Positions 18,495 to 28,749 of a DNA stretch of 64,000 bases are shown here, piece by piece. Source of the DNA: Acidobacteriota bacterium (GTDB lineage: Bacteria > Acidobacteriota > UBA890 > WLXD01). The stretch is taken from positions 398,460 to 462,459 of the forward strand of contig WLXD01000004.1 of NCBI GenBank assembly GCA_012103255.1, in the 5' to 3' direction. Positions within the stretch are counted from its first letter, which is position 1. The number at the start of each line of letters is the position of its first letter. A program made the position numbers and the translations under genes. The notes under the pieces are model-generated. The model saw only the letters and a list, made by a program, of their open reading frames with translations, was not told where the DNA came from and made no database searches.

Positions 18495-20137
18495 TGCGGT
18501 TTCTCCTGACGATTGAGGCGGCCGCGTTGGGGCAGCGCGATGCGACCAGTATGCCGCCCGAGGCACTCGAACACCGCATCGGCAAGACTCAATTCAATCT
18601 CGTCGACCCACTCCAGGTCATCGAACGTCGTGTACAGGTCACCGCCTTCCGCGACGAACGAGTTTGTTGCCACGCGGTATCTCCGCTCCGATGCGACTGG
18701 GGCGTCGCCAACCGTGACTGCGATGAGCCGATCGCCAACCGGAGCCGACGGGTCATAGTCGACGGTGAGGCCGGATACCTGGATCATGCCCCGCTCGAGA
18801 CCAACGCCCTGCTCCAGAACCTCGAGCAGTTGAGTTCCGGTCATCTCAACGACGACGACGTGGTTGAGGAAGGGGAGCGCGTCGCGGACGTGGCCCTCAG
18901 CGACCGGCCCAGATGGAAGGTCAGCGCGTAGGCCGCCAGCGTTTGTGAGACCCACCTCTGCGTCGCCTATCTCCCTGATCACGTCGGCCACGAAGTTCCC
19001 GAGGTCCGACTCGACGTTGTACTTCCGAGTCAACCTGGCGGTGAAGTCGCCAACGGGTCTCGCGATCTCGGCCGCGTATTCCGCCGAGTATGCATCCATC
19101 TTCAGCTGCATGATCGCGTCCGGCTCGTAGTCCGCGGTCCACGGCGTCACCAGGCCGCCCTCGTGTTCGAGTACACGTCCGCCTGCCGTGTCCACCTTCA
19201 ATCGGAGCATCGCGAGCCTGGTTCCGTGACCGAACGTCTGTACGATGATCGTGCCCGTATCGGGGTTCACGTAGGGCGGATCGATGCCACGATGCGCGTG
19301 TCCGCCGAAGAAGACATCGATTCCGGGCACGGCCGACGTGAGCGCAATATCTTCTTCGAAATCGCGCCACACACTCGGATCGTTCTCCTGGTCCGACTGC
19401 ATGGGGCCGGTCTTCCCCTGATGAGCCAGCACGACGACGATATCGACGTCGTCGCGTAGCTCCTCGACCGATTCGCGCACGCATTCGACAGGGTCGCGGA
19501 ACTCCAGATCTGCGACGAGCGACGGCACCACCACGCTGATCGCGTCACGACCGATGACGCCGATCACTCCGAGCCGGACGCCAGATCGTTCGAGCACGGC
19601 GTGCGGCTGCATGTAGAGAATGTCGGTGCCGCGATAGTAGGTATTGCAGGAGAGCACCGGGAACGGCACGCGATTGGCCTGCTTGAGGAAGTTGGCGGCG
19701 CCATAGTCGAACTCATGGTTCCCCATGCCCATCGCGTCGTAGCCCATAGTGATCATCATCTCCATGAGAATCTCGCCGTAGGTGAGGCGCGACAGAAGGC
19801 CGGTGAACATGTCGCCGGAGTCGAAAAGGAACACGGGATTGCCGCGCGCGCCTTCCCGCTCCCGGATCTCGTCGACCATCGTCTTGATGTGGGCGGCCCC
19901 GCCCATGAGCGGACTTCCCTCGAGCCAAAAGGCAGGTAGCGGTTCGATGGCGCTCTCGAAGTCATTCGTGCCGATCAGCACGACTTCGCGCACTTCCGGT
20001 TCCTGGGCCTCGGCCCAGTGCCCGCCCACCGCAGCCAGTGCGAGCAGGAGAGAAATAGCCACTACGTACGCAAACGAACGCGTCGACCGTTCGTTGATAC
20101 AGGCAGACAGCTTGTTTCCAGAGTTCTTCACGTGCAT
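18491..20137 (-). CDS. Secreted bifunctional metallophosphatase / 5'-nucleotidase (UshA-like)
   Basis: Signal peptide RSFAYVVAISLLLALAAVGGHWAEA. Calcineurin-like motifs GNHEFDYG and GGHAH. C-terminal 5'-nucleotidase substrate-binding domain. Confidence 0.8.
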   Translation of the reverse strand: MHVKNSGNKLSACINERSTRSFAYVVAISLLLALAAVGGHWAEAQEPEVREVVLIGTNDFESAIEPLPAFWLEGSPLMGGAAHIKTMVDEIREREGARGNPVFLFDSGDMFTGLLSRLTYGEILMEMMITMGYDAMGMGNHEFDYGAANFLKQANRVPFPVLSCNTYYRGTDILYMQPHAVLERSGVRLGVIGVIGRDAISVVVPSLVADLEFRDPVECVRESVEELRDDVDIVVVLAHQGKTGPMQSDQENDPSVWRDFEEDIALTSAVPGIDVFFGGHAHRGIDPPYVNPDTGTIIVQTFGHGTRLAMLRLKVDTAGGRVLEHEGGLVTPWTADYEPDAIMQLKMDAYSAEYAAEIARPVGDFTARLTRKYNVESDLGNFVADVIREIGDAEVGLTNAGGLRADLPSGPVAEGHVRDALPFLNHVVVVEMTGTQLLEVLEQGVGLERGMIQVSGLTVDYDPSAPVGDRLIAVTVGDAPVASERRYRVATNSFVAEGGDLYTTFDDLEWVDEIELSLADAVFECLGRHTGRIALPQRGRLNRQEKPQ

Positions 20138-20171
20138 ATTAATAAAATTGTTATCTAAATAACCGACCTCG

Positions 20172-20534
20172 ATGAAAACCGACGATACCGCGCCAACGCC
20201 CACGCTGGGTGAACTCGAACTGCTCGTCGTCCTCGCGATTCTCCGCTGCGGAGATGAGGCCTACGGCGTGACGATTACCGAAGAGATTCGTCGCCGGACC
20301 GGCCGTCGGCTCGCCCGGGCGGCGGTCTACGTAACGTTGCGGCGCCTCCACGAGCGCGGCCTGGTGCGATCGACCACGGGCACGCCGCTGCCGGAACGCG
20401 GCGGCAAGGCACGTCGGTACTACAGCATCGAACCAGAGGGCCTCGATCGCGCACAGGCAACGCAGACCGCGTTCACGACCATGTGGGACGGAATATCGCT
20501 CGCTCCGGCTGACGCACCCGAGGAGCATCGATGA
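20172..20534 (+). CDS. PadR family transcriptional regulator
   Basis: LELLVVLAIL...AYGVTITEEI winged-HTH region characteristic of PadR. 4-nt overlap with the downstream ADOP gene. Confidence 0.85.
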   Translation: MKTDDTAPTPTLGELELLVVLAILRCGDEAYGVTITEEIRRRTGRRLARAAVYVTLRRLHERGLVRSTTGTPLPERGGKARRYYSIEPEGLDRAQATQTAFTTMWDGISLAPADAPEEHR

Positions 20535-23164
20535 TCGATCGCCTGTTGCTGCGCGTTCTCAGCATTGTTGCTCCCGAGGAACTCGCCGACGAGATCGAAG
20601 GCGACCTCCGAGAACAGCTCTCGCAATTGAAACGCTCGAGATCATCGGTTGTGGCGACGATCTGGCTCGCCCGTGCCGTCATCGGGGCGGCCCTAAGCAT
20701 CGGTTGGTCGCGGACACCCTTCGCGCGCCGCGGCTCGTTCATATCGCCGCCACTACCGGCGCGTCGACGAAGTCTGCCGGTGACTTTGAACGACCTGCGA
20801 TTCGCCGTCCGACTGATAGCCAAACAGCCCGTGCTTTCGGCCACGGCCGTGGGCGCCCTTGGTGTGTCCATGTGCCTGGCGATCTTCGGTTTCACCATGT
20901 TGAGTTCCACGCTGTGGGCCGAACTCCCGCTACCGCAAGGTGAGCGCTACGTCTACATGGAGGTCACCGACCCAGAGACATTGGATGAAGTAGGTGTGGC
21001 GCCCGAAGTGCTCGAACGATGGATCAACGAATCGAGCACCCTGGCAACGATTGGTGCCTTCGAGTGGGGCCAAGCGAACCTCGAACCCGTCGATACGGAG
21101 CCCGTGGGCATCCGGCTGGTCCACATCACGCCGCGCGGCATGGCGGCGACACAGGTCGAACCCGTCGTCGGGCGGCTGTTCGAACCCCGAGACGCCGTCC
21201 CGGGCGCGGAACCTGTGGTGCTACTGCGCGAGGACCTGTGGGAACAGCACTACCGCGGCGACCCGGACATGCTGGGGGCTCCGATCCGGCTGGGTGGCAG
21301 CGACTACACCCTCGTCGGCGTTCTCCCGCGAGAATTCGCCTTCCCGAGCTCACACAATCTCTGGCTACCTCGCGCAGAACACGGACCTGGCGTGGTTGAC
21401 GGGTCTCGGCCGGAGGCGTTCGGGATCATGGCCGATGACGCTGATATGGCGGAGGTCCAGGCAGAACTCGAAGTCCTCATGCAGCCGAGCGACGACGAAC
21501 TCCGCGCGGGGCCGCCCAACGCCCTTCGTGTGGTGCCCTACACCCGCGGCCTGACCGGGGGCCGTGCTGCCGAGACTTTCATGGCGGGAGTCGTCACCGT
21601 CTTGTTGCTGATCCTGGCCGTGGCGGCTGCGAATGTCGCCAACCTCATCCTGGTGCGCGCCGTTGCCCGCAGCGACGAGTACGGGATCCGCGCTGCCTTG
21701 GGCGCTTCGCGAACAAACCTCATCGCGCAAGGCTTTGGCGAAGTTCTACTCCTCGGGGCGCTCGCCGCGATACTCGGCACGGGAGGCGCGAGCCTGATCT
21801 TCCGGTGGCTGCGGAGCGTTGTCGACAACGAACTCCCGATGTGGATCGACTTCAGGATCGACCCGGTGGTTGGTGGTTTCATTGCCTTCCTGGCCGTGTT
21901 CTCGACGTCGATCGCGAGCATCGGCCCCATGTTGCGCGCGACTCGCGGCTCGCTGGACGCATCGCTACGCCAGGGTTCTACGGCGGTGGCTTCCGGCGGG
22001 TTCGGTCGTGCGTCCGCCAGCATGATCGTCGCCGAACTTGCTCTGTCGGTGGCCCTTCTCTCGACAGCGACTCTTCTTGGCCGGGGCCTCGTCGGACTTC
22101 AGCAGGTAGATCTCGGACTGGACCAGACGCGGGTTCTTACAGCCAGCCTCTATTTGCCGCCCGCCCCGGGCGTTTCCGAACCGAGCCCAATCGACACCGG
22201 GCTGCTCGCGGACCTTGAGAGCCGGGTCAACATCCGCAAGGCGGGCCTCACGATGCGGCTTCCCAAGGAGGAGACGCGGGCACGGGACCTCGAGGTGGAC
22301 GGCCGCGAGGGCATCGTACGATCCCACGTTGCACATTCCGGCCTCTACTTCTTCGACAGCCTGGAGATCGCCGCACTCCGCGGTCGGACTTTCACCGCGA
22401 GCGACCACGAAACCGACGCGGTGCCCGTTGTCGTGGTGAACGAGTCTTTCGCGACGGCTCACCTGGGCACTTCTAACCCAGTCGGCCAACGTCTCCGATT
22501 CGCGTCGGAGCCCGGTGCCGAACCCACTGCGTGGCGCGAGATCGTGGGCGTGGTTCGCGATCTGGGTCTGAATGCTGCCGTTCCCGGGGAAAGTGACGGA
22601 CTCTACCTGCCGGTCGCTGGATCGAACTTCTATCAGCTCACGGCAACCTTCGAAGGACCGTTCGCAGATGCGGCGCGCGCGATGCGCGCCGTCGTCGGCG
22701 CCAACGACTCGCGCATCATCGTCCGGGAGGTGCAGACGCTAGAACAATCAGGTTGGGCCGCGCGCACTCTGTTGTCGGCGACCGCCTCGGGGCTATCGGC
22801 TCTTGGAGTCATGGCCCTGGCCCTGTCTGTGACCGGCATGTACGCGATCATGGCGTTCTCGGTGCAGCAACGTACACGCGAGTTCGGCGTGCGGGTGGCG
22901 CTCGGAGCCGAACCCGGAGATCTGGTGCGCCGTGCGGTCCTCTCGACCTGCGTTCGACTGGCGAGTGGTGCCGGTCTAGGAGTTACTCGCGCGCTCCTGC
23001 TCAGTCAAGCAGCGGCCGTGCTTCCGATCGCAGTGCCGGCCCTTAGCATGTTCGATGTCGCCGTAGTGTGCGGCACAATGATGCTCGCGGGACTTCTAGC
23101 AGCGTGGCTACCTGCTCGACAGGCAGGTCGCGTCAACCCGGCCGATGCGCTCCGCGCGGACTGA
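20531..23164 (+). CDS. ADOP-family duplicated FtsX/MacB-like permease with N-terminal permease-prefix domain
   Basis: 877 aa; N-terminal prefix MIDRLLLRVLSIVAPEELADEIEGDLREQL; two MacB_PCD-FtsX repeats; ends ...RVNPADALRAD. Confidence 0.85.
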   Translation: MIDRLLLRVLSIVAPEELADEIEGDLREQLSQLKRSRSSVVATIWLARAVIGAALSIGWSRTPFARRGSFISPPLPARRRSLPVTLNDLRFAVRLIAKQPVLSATAVGALGVSMCLAIFGFTMLSSTLWAELPLPQGERYVYMEVTDPETLDEVGVAPEVLERWINESSTLATIGAFEWGQANLEPVDTEPVGIRLVHITPRGMAATQVEPVVGRLFEPRDAVPGAEPVVLLREDLWEQHYRGDPDMLGAPIRLGGSDYTLVGVLPREFAFPSSHNLWLPRAEHGPGVVDGSRPEAFGIMADDADMAEVQAELEVLMQPSDDELRAGPPNALRVVPYTRGLTGGRAAETFMAGVVTVLLLILAVAAANVANLILVRAVARSDEYGIRAALGASRTNLIAQGFGEVLLLGALAAILGTGGASLIFRWLRSVVDNELPMWIDFRIDPVVGGFIAFLAVFSTSIASIGPMLRATRGSLDASLRQGSTAVASGGFGRASASMIVAELALSVALLSTATLLGRGLVGLQQVDLGLDQTRVLTASLYLPPAPGVSEPSPIDTGLLADLESRVNIRKAGLTMRLPKEETRARDLEVDGREGIVRSHVAHSGLYFFDSLEIAALRGRTFTASDHETDAVPVVVVNESFATAHLGTSNPVGQRLRFASEPGAEPTAWREIVGVVRDLGLNAAVPGESDGLYLPVAGSNFYQLTATFEGPFADAARAMRAVVGANDSRIIVREVQTLEQSGWAARTLLSATASGLSALGVMALALSVTGMYAIMAFSVQQRTREFGVRVALGAEPGDLVRRAVLSTCVRLASGAGLGVTRALLLSQAAAVLPIAVPALSMFDVAVVCGTMMLAGLLAAWLPARQAGRVNPADALRAD

Positions 23165-23923
23165 TTACTGAGCTTCGCGGGAGGTCAGAATCTCGACGCC
23201 GTTCTTGGCCACGACCACCGTGTGCTCGAACTGCGCGACGAGACCGCCGAGCGAAGTGCGCAGCGTCCAACCGTCATCGCCCTCGATGGCGCGATCGGAG
23301 TTCGTCGACAAGAAGGGCTCCACCGTGATCACCTGCCCCTCGGCGAACCGTCGGCGGTCGCCGGCCTCGTAGTAGTTCAGGATGGCCCGAGGCTCTTCGT
23401 GAAGTCCTCCGCCCACCCCGTGGCCACAGAGGTTCCGGACGACGATGAAGCCAGTCTCGTCAGCGACGGTCTGGACCGCACGCCCAACGCTGTTGAGCAG
23501 CGCTCCCGGCTTCACTCTATCGAGCGCTTCGTCCAGCGCTCGCTGGGTGGCACCCAGCAGGCGCTGCCGCACTCCGCTGATATCACCAACCGCGAAACTA
23601 GCGCCCGAATCGGCATAGAACCCGTTCAGCGACGCCGACACATCGATGTTTACAAGGTCGCCCGCAGCGATCACACGAGTGCCGGGAATGCCGTGGGCAG
23701 CCTCATCGTTCACGCTGACGCAGGTCGCCGCCGGGAACCCCACCGTCGGCGGAGCCGGCTCAGCGCCGGCCGCGGCAAGGAAGTCCGCGCCAACGCGGTC
23801 CAGATCCGCTGTAGTCACGCCTGGCTCGAGCCGCGCGTGCATCTCCACGATCGTGGCAGCGACGCAACGGCCTGCGGCACGGACTCCCTCCAGCTCATCG
23901 CTGGAGGGAAGCCCTACGACCAA
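23165..23923 (-). CDS. map: Methionine aminopeptidase type I
   Basis: MetAP-I fold motifs (ATCVSVNDEAAHGIP, LVNIDVS, CGHGVG, EPF). Its stop abuts the convergent ADOP stop. Confidence 0.85.
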   Translation of the reverse strand: MVVGLPSSDELEGVRAAGRCVAATIVEMHARLEPGVTTADLDRVGADFLAAAGAEPAPPTVGFPAATCVSVNDEAAHGIPGTRVIAAGDLVNIDVSASLNGFYADSGASFAVGDISGVRQRLLGATQRALDEALDRVKPGALLNSVGRAVQTVADETGFIVVRNLCGHGVGGGLHEEPRAILNYYEAGDRRRFAEGQVITVEPFLSTNSDRAIEGDDGWTLRTSLGGLVAQFEHTVVVAKNGVEILTSREAQ

Positions 23924-23942
23924 AGATCCGATGCCCTGTTTG

Positions 23943-26612
23943 TCATCGCACGAGCGTCAGCGGAGCGCTGGCTGAAGCGCCATTTGCATCGATGGTCACG
24001 TTGTAGTCACCCGGCGAGGCCATCGGCGGAACCTCGAAACCAAACACGGTGCGGCTCTCGCCTTCGACCTGCAGGTTCCACTCGATGAAGTTGTGACCCT
24101 CCGATCCGGCACCAGTGAACGTGTGCACCGTTTCGCCGGAGGCGTCCGCAACCGTGACTGTGTAGTCCCCATCGGAGGCCATCCACACATGCAAACCAGC
24201 GGTGCTGCCGCCACCCTGGAAGAACGCGAAGCGGCCGCGCGGCATCTGCACCGACTCGGGTTCGAACATGTGCAGACCCGCGGCCACGACCTCGTCGGTC
24301 AGTCCCTGAATCGGACGCACGTCGAGCGCGTATACGCCACGTCCGTGTGTCCCGGCCACGAGAATGTCCGTCTCTTCACTGATCGTGATGTCGTGAACGA
24401 ACGTTGTGGGCATACCGTGCGAAAGCGCTTCCCATGTTTCGCCGTTGTCGATGGAGACGTAGGCGCCATAGTCCGTGCCCACATACAGCACGTTCGGGTT
24501 CTTGGGATCTTCCTTGATCACGTTGATCGGGCCACTCGGGAGCGCCGAGGCAAGGTCGATCCATGTTCCCCCACGATCCGTGGACTTCCACAGATACGGG
24601 GTGAAGTCGTCGTCGCGCTTGCCGTTCTGGGCCGCGAACAGAGTGTCGGGATCCCACTTCGAGGCAACGAGCTCGGAGATCACCTTGCCCTGGGGAAGTT
24701 CACCCGTGATCTCTGACCAGGCACCTGCCGGATCTGAACTCCAGACACGACCGTCATCTGTGCCCGCGTACAGCCGTCCGAACTCGAAGGGTGACTCCGT
24801 GATCGAGTAGATCGTCTGGTACTGGATGTCCCCGATCTGATCGACATCGTTGTAAGTCAGGTCCTCGCTGATCGCCTCGAAATCCTCGCCGCGGTCCATC
24901 GACCGGAAGATCTTGTTGAGACCCAGGTATACGACGCGGGGGTTGTGCGGCGAGACGATAAACGGCGCGATCCACTGCCCGCGATACGGCACCTCGCCTT
25001 CGGCGGCGCGCGGCATCAACTGGGTCCGCTCGCCGGTCTCGAGATCGGCGCGGAAGATACTGCCGTAGAAGCCTGCCGCATAGAGCGTGTTGGGATCGGT
25101 CGGGTCGACGACATGGGTTGACCCTTCGCCACCGGGGGCGTTCTCCCACTCCACGGCTGGAATGTTGTGACGACCGCGACTCAGGTCGATCATGCCGCGA
25201 CGGCTGCCGTGGTCCTGAATCGAACCGTAGGCGTACATCGGATCGCCTGTGTCGACCGCGATGTTGAAAAACTGCACGAGCGGCAGGCTGTCATAGAACG
25301 TCCGCCACTCGTCACCGCCGTCGTACGAGATCGCCAGGCCGCCGTCGTTGACGTTCACCAGGTAGTCGGAGTTTTCCGGATCGATCCATAGACCATGGTG
25401 GTCAACGTGCATGCCATCGAGACTACGAAAGTTCTCGCCGGCGTCATCGGAAACGTTCAGGCGCAGCCCCATCACGTAGATGCGATCTTCGTCATTGGGA
25501 TCAACGCGGATCTGCCCGAACACCCACCCGTAGGTGCCACCGAGGCTCAGCATGTAGTCGTTGTACTGCGAGGTTCGGCGCCAGTTCTCGCCGCCGTCGT
25601 CGGAACGATAGACAGTCGCCCCGCGGATTACTGGACCGGCTGGCCGCCCGTAGGCGTCCGTGTCGTCCGGGTCCGGCTCACGCGCAGTCTCATAGCTATC
25701 GATGAACGCGTAGACGACGTCCGGGTTCGAGCGGGCAACGTCAAGGCCGATCCGACCTCGATGCTGCCCTTCGGGCAATCCGTTGTTGATGGGGTTCCAG
25801 GTGGCGCCCCCGTCTGTCGACTTGAAGACGCCGGAACCGTCGTAGCCATCCTCGTTGCGCGGGTCGTTCCACTTCTTACGGATGCGCTGCCAGGTGGCGG
25901 CGTAGAGCGTGTCTGGTGCGCGCGGGTCCATCACCAGGTCGATGACCCCCGTGCGCTCGTCGCGATAGAAGATGTGTTCCCAGGTTTGCCCGCCGTCCGT
26001 GGTCTTGTAGATGCCGCGCTCAGGGTTGTCCGTCCACTCGTTGCCCGAGGCCGCGACGTACAACACGTCGGGGTTGGTCGGATGAATCACGGTCCGCGGG
26101 ATCGTATGCGTCTCCTCGAGTCCCATGTGCGTCCATGTATCGCCACCATCGGTCGACTTATAGACGCCGGCACCCGCCATCGACGAACGGAAGATGTTGG
26201 CTTCTCCAGTCCCGATCCAGACGATGTTCTGATCCGAAGGGGCCAGGGTTACATCGCCGATCGTCGTCGACGCCCCGTGCTCGAAGATCGGTTGCCAGGT
26301 CGTTCCTTCGTTCTCGGTGCGCCAGAGTCCGCCGGAGGCGCCAGCCACGTAGATCGTGTAGTTGTCGCCCTTCGGGCCCACCACCTCGACGTCCGTCATG
26401 CGGCCTGAAACGTTGGTAGGCCCGACAAACTGCCAGGGCAGGTTGCGGAACCGCGATTCCTCGGCATTCCGGACGTGATCCGCGTACCACTCGAGGCGCT
26501 CAGAAGCCGCGGTCTGGTCGTCCTGACTCTGTGCCGCCAGGGGTGCACCAAAGCCAACGAGGAGAAGAATCGTGAGGGCCGTCACCACGGCCAGTCGAGC
26601 AGGGGTACGCAT
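23943..26612 (-). CDS. Secreted BNR/Asp-box repeat sortilin/VPS10-like beta-propeller protein (paralog of 5126..8185)
   Basis: Asp-box motifs TENEGTTWQPI, STDGGDTWTHM, TTDGGQTWEHI, STDGGATWNPI, SDDGGENWRRT, STDRGGTWIDL, SIDNGETWEAL. Signal peptide MRTPARLAVVTALTILLLVGFGAPLAAQ. GGAG roughly 10 nt upstream of ATG at 26612. Confidence 0.8.
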   Translation of the reverse strand: MRTPARLAVVTALTILLLVGFGAPLAAQSQDDQTAASERLEWYADHVRNAEESRFRNLPWQFVGPTNVSGRMTDVEVVGPKGDNYTIYVAGASGGLWRTENEGTTWQPIFEHGASTTIGDVTLAPSDQNIVWIGTGEANIFRSSMAGAGVYKSTDGGDTWTHMGLEETHTIPRTVIHPTNPDVLYVAASGNEWTDNPERGIYKTTDGGQTWEHIFYRDERTGVIDLVMDPRAPDTLYAATWQRIRKKWNDPRNEDGYDGSGVFKSTDGGATWNPINNGLPEGQHRGRIGLDVARSNPDVVYAFIDSYETAREPDPDDTDAYGRPAGPVIRGATVYRSDDGGENWRRTSQYNDYMLSLGGTYGWVFGQIRVDPNDEDRIYVMGLRLNVSDDAGENFRSLDGMHVDHHGLWIDPENSDYLVNVNDGGLAISYDGGDEWRTFYDSLPLVQFFNIAVDTGDPMYAYGSIQDHGSRRGMIDLSRGRHNIPAVEWENAPGGEGSTHVVDPTDPNTLYAAGFYGSIFRADLETGERTQLMPRAAEGEVPYRGQWIAPFIVSPHNPRVVYLGLNKIFRSMDRGEDFEAISEDLTYNDVDQIGDIQYQTIYSITESPFEFGRLYAGTDDGRVWSSDPAGAWSEITGELPQGKVISELVASKWDPDTLFAAQNGKRDDDFTPYLWKSTDRGGTWIDLASALPSGPINVIKEDPKNPNVLYVGTDYGAYVSIDNGETWEALSHGMPTTFVHDITISEETDILVAGTHGRGVYALDVRPIQGLTDEVVAAGLHMFEPESVQMPRGRFAFFQGGGSTAGLHVWMASDGDYTVTVADASGETVHTFTGAGSEGHNFIEWNLQVEGESRTVFGFEVPPMASPGDYNVTIDANGASASAPLTLVR

Positions 26613-26748
26613 CAGAACTACTCCGTACTGGGAAAAACCGACAGGCGCATGGGGAATCGCAGGGTAGTAACCCGAGCCGGCAACGTCAACGCGCGGACCG
26701 GCTGCCGGCCCCTGCCGAGTCGCTCCAATGCCGGCTAGATTCGTCCGG

Positions 26749-27477
26749 CTATCCGGACGCGGTGCGCTGCAGCACCTCAGCGACAACCGGCCGCAACGCG
26801 TCCACGTACTGGCGGGAGTCGTAGTGCCCTACCCCGTCGAGCGACGTGAAATCGACCTGGCCGCCGCGACGTCGCATGCGTTCGACCGTCTTGGCCACCG
26901 CCGGGTGCGGAATCAACTCGTCGGCACGACTATTAACGACCCACATCGGGAACGTCTTCAGTTCCGGGCGCCAACCGAAAACTCCCTGGTCCGCCAGTTC
27001 CACGAAGCGCTCGAGACCCGACACATCAGGGTCGTCCGGATACAGGATCGGCACGGCGGCTACCGCGATTCCCGCAGCGAACAGGTCGGGGTGACGGGGC
27101 CCGAGGAACCATGTGCCCATGCCGCCGAGGCTGTAGCCTGCCAGCACCACATGCGCGGGATCGACGCCGAGATTGGCGATGGCGTGCTCACGTAGCGCAA
27201 GCACGGCGGCGACGCTACGCGGGTGATGCCAGGTGCGCTCCGGGCAGTAGGGCGCGAGCAGGACCGCGCGTTCGGCTGCAAACGTTGGTTCCAGGAAGAC
27301 GCGAGTGAAGTCACGGGCATGGCGTGCGGGAAGGTCGCCTTCCCAGCCGTAGTGCAGGCCGATCACGAGTGGAACCGCACCGTCACCCGTCTGACGACGG
27401 TCGATGGCGACATAGCGAAGCGGTGCGTCGCCCTCGATAGGCAGTTCGTGGTCGGTGATGTGGGCTCGCTGCGACAT
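26749..27477 (-). CDS. Alpha/beta-hydrolase fold esterase/lipase-like protein
   Basis: Nucleophile elbow GYSLGG; about 240 aa. Confidence 0.7.
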   Translation of the reverse strand: MSQRAHITDHELPIEGDAPLRYVAIDRRQTGDGAVPLVIGLHYGWEGDLPARHARDFTRVFLEPTFAAERAVLLAPYCPERTWHHPRSVAAVLALREHAIANLGVDPAHVVLAGYSLGGMGTWFLGPRHPDLFAAGIAVAAVPILYPDDPDVSGLERFVELADQGVFGWRPELKTFPMWVVNSRADELIPHPAVAKTVERMRRRGGQVDFTSLDGVGHYDSRQYVDALRPVVAEVLQRTASG

Positions 27478-27516
27478 GGCCTGAGTCTCGCACGATCGCA
27501 GCGAGGCAGACTGCGG

Positions 27517-28749
27517 CTACTCGTAGCGCAGAGCCTCGATGGGATCGAGCTGCGAGGCACGCGTGGCCGGATAGATTCCCGACACCAGGCCCGCGGCCAT
27601 CGACACACTCGTCGAGAGAATCACGGAAGAGGCCGTCACAACAGTTTCCCAGCCTGCCGAAGCCGCGACGACCCGCGCGATCACCACGCCCATGACGACG
27701 CCCGCGAGACCGCCCAGCAAGCTGATGGCGAAGGCTTCGATCATGAACTGATTGCGGATCTCCCGCCGTCTCGCGCCCACAGCACGGCGGATACCAATCT
27801 CACGCGTCCGCTCCAGAACGGTGGCCAGCATGATGTTGGTGATCCCGATGCCACCCACGAGGAGCGAGATGCCCGCAATGCAGCCCATCACGACGTTGAA
27901 CAGTCGCTGAGTACGCCGGCTCTGATCCAGAAGCGCCTCCGGCACCACGAGCTCGAAGTCGTCTTCGCCGCCATGAATCCGGTCGAGCAGGCGTCGGATC
28001 GCGACCGCGCTCGCCTGCGCCGACTGGTCTGCCGAGAGCTGCACGACGATCTCGTCTACCGGGGCTCGCAGCGGTTCGCGATCGAACTTCCTGATGGCGG
28101 TTGTCACCGGGATGTAGATCTCTGTGGCGGTCGTGCCGATGTCGACGCCCTGGAACTGCCCGCCGCTTCCGAGATCTTCAAGCACGCCGATGACTTCGAA
28201 CCAGACGTCGTTGACTTTCAACTCGCGCCCGATCGCAGACTCCACGCCGAAGAGATCGCGACGCACCCCGGCGCCGATCACGGCGACCTGGGCATGCTGC
28301 TCCTCATCAAGTCGATCGATGAACCGCCCGTCCGCGACGTTCAGGTCGGAAAGGTCCTGCTGATGCCACGAAACGCCGAATACGCTCGCCGCGGTGCGTC
28401 CGTCCACGGACATGATCTTGTAGCTGTCGATCTCCACACGAGGCACCGCGAGATCCACTCCGGGGATCCCGTCGCGGATGACGCTGGCGTCGCGCAAGGA
28501 GACGCCGAGAGAATTGCGTCGGATCTCGTTGAGTTCGTCCTCTGCGAGTTCGACGTCGCGCACGAGCACGTTGCGCAACCCCATCCGATCGATGAGCTCC
28601 ATGGCCTGCAGTTCCGCGCCTGCTCCGATCGACAGCATCGCGATCACGGCGCCCACGCCAAAGATCATGCCGAGCATGGTGAGCAGCGAACGCAGCTTGT
28701 GCGCCGCCAAGTTATTCAGCGCACTGATGAACGATTCCTGAAGATTCAC
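27517..28749 (-). CDS. Stand-alone MacB/FtsX-type ABC transporter permease (DevC/YknZ-like); no ATPase domain
   Basis: N-terminal TM, MacB-like periplasmic domain, 3 C-terminal TM. Ends ...ATRASQLDPIEALRYE. 410 aa with no Walker motifs. Confidence 0.85.
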   Translation of the reverse strand: MNLQESFISALNNLAAHKLRSLLTMLGMIFGVGAVIAMLSIGAGAELQAMELIDRMGLRNVLVRDVELAEDELNEIRRNSLGVSLRDASVIRDGIPGVDLAVPRVEIDSYKIMSVDGRTAASVFGVSWHQQDLSDLNVADGRFIDRLDEEQHAQVAVIGAGVRRDLFGVESAIGRELKVNDVWFEVIGVLEDLGSGGQFQGVDIGTTATEIYIPVTTAIRKFDREPLRAPVDEIVVQLSADQSAQASAVAIRRLLDRIHGGEDDFELVVPEALLDQSRRTQRLFNVVMGCIAGISLLVGGIGITNIMLATVLERTREIGIRRAVGARRREIRNQFMIEAFAISLLGGLAGVVMGVVIARVVAASAGWETVVTASSVILSTSVSMAAGLVSGIYPATRASQLDPIEALRYE

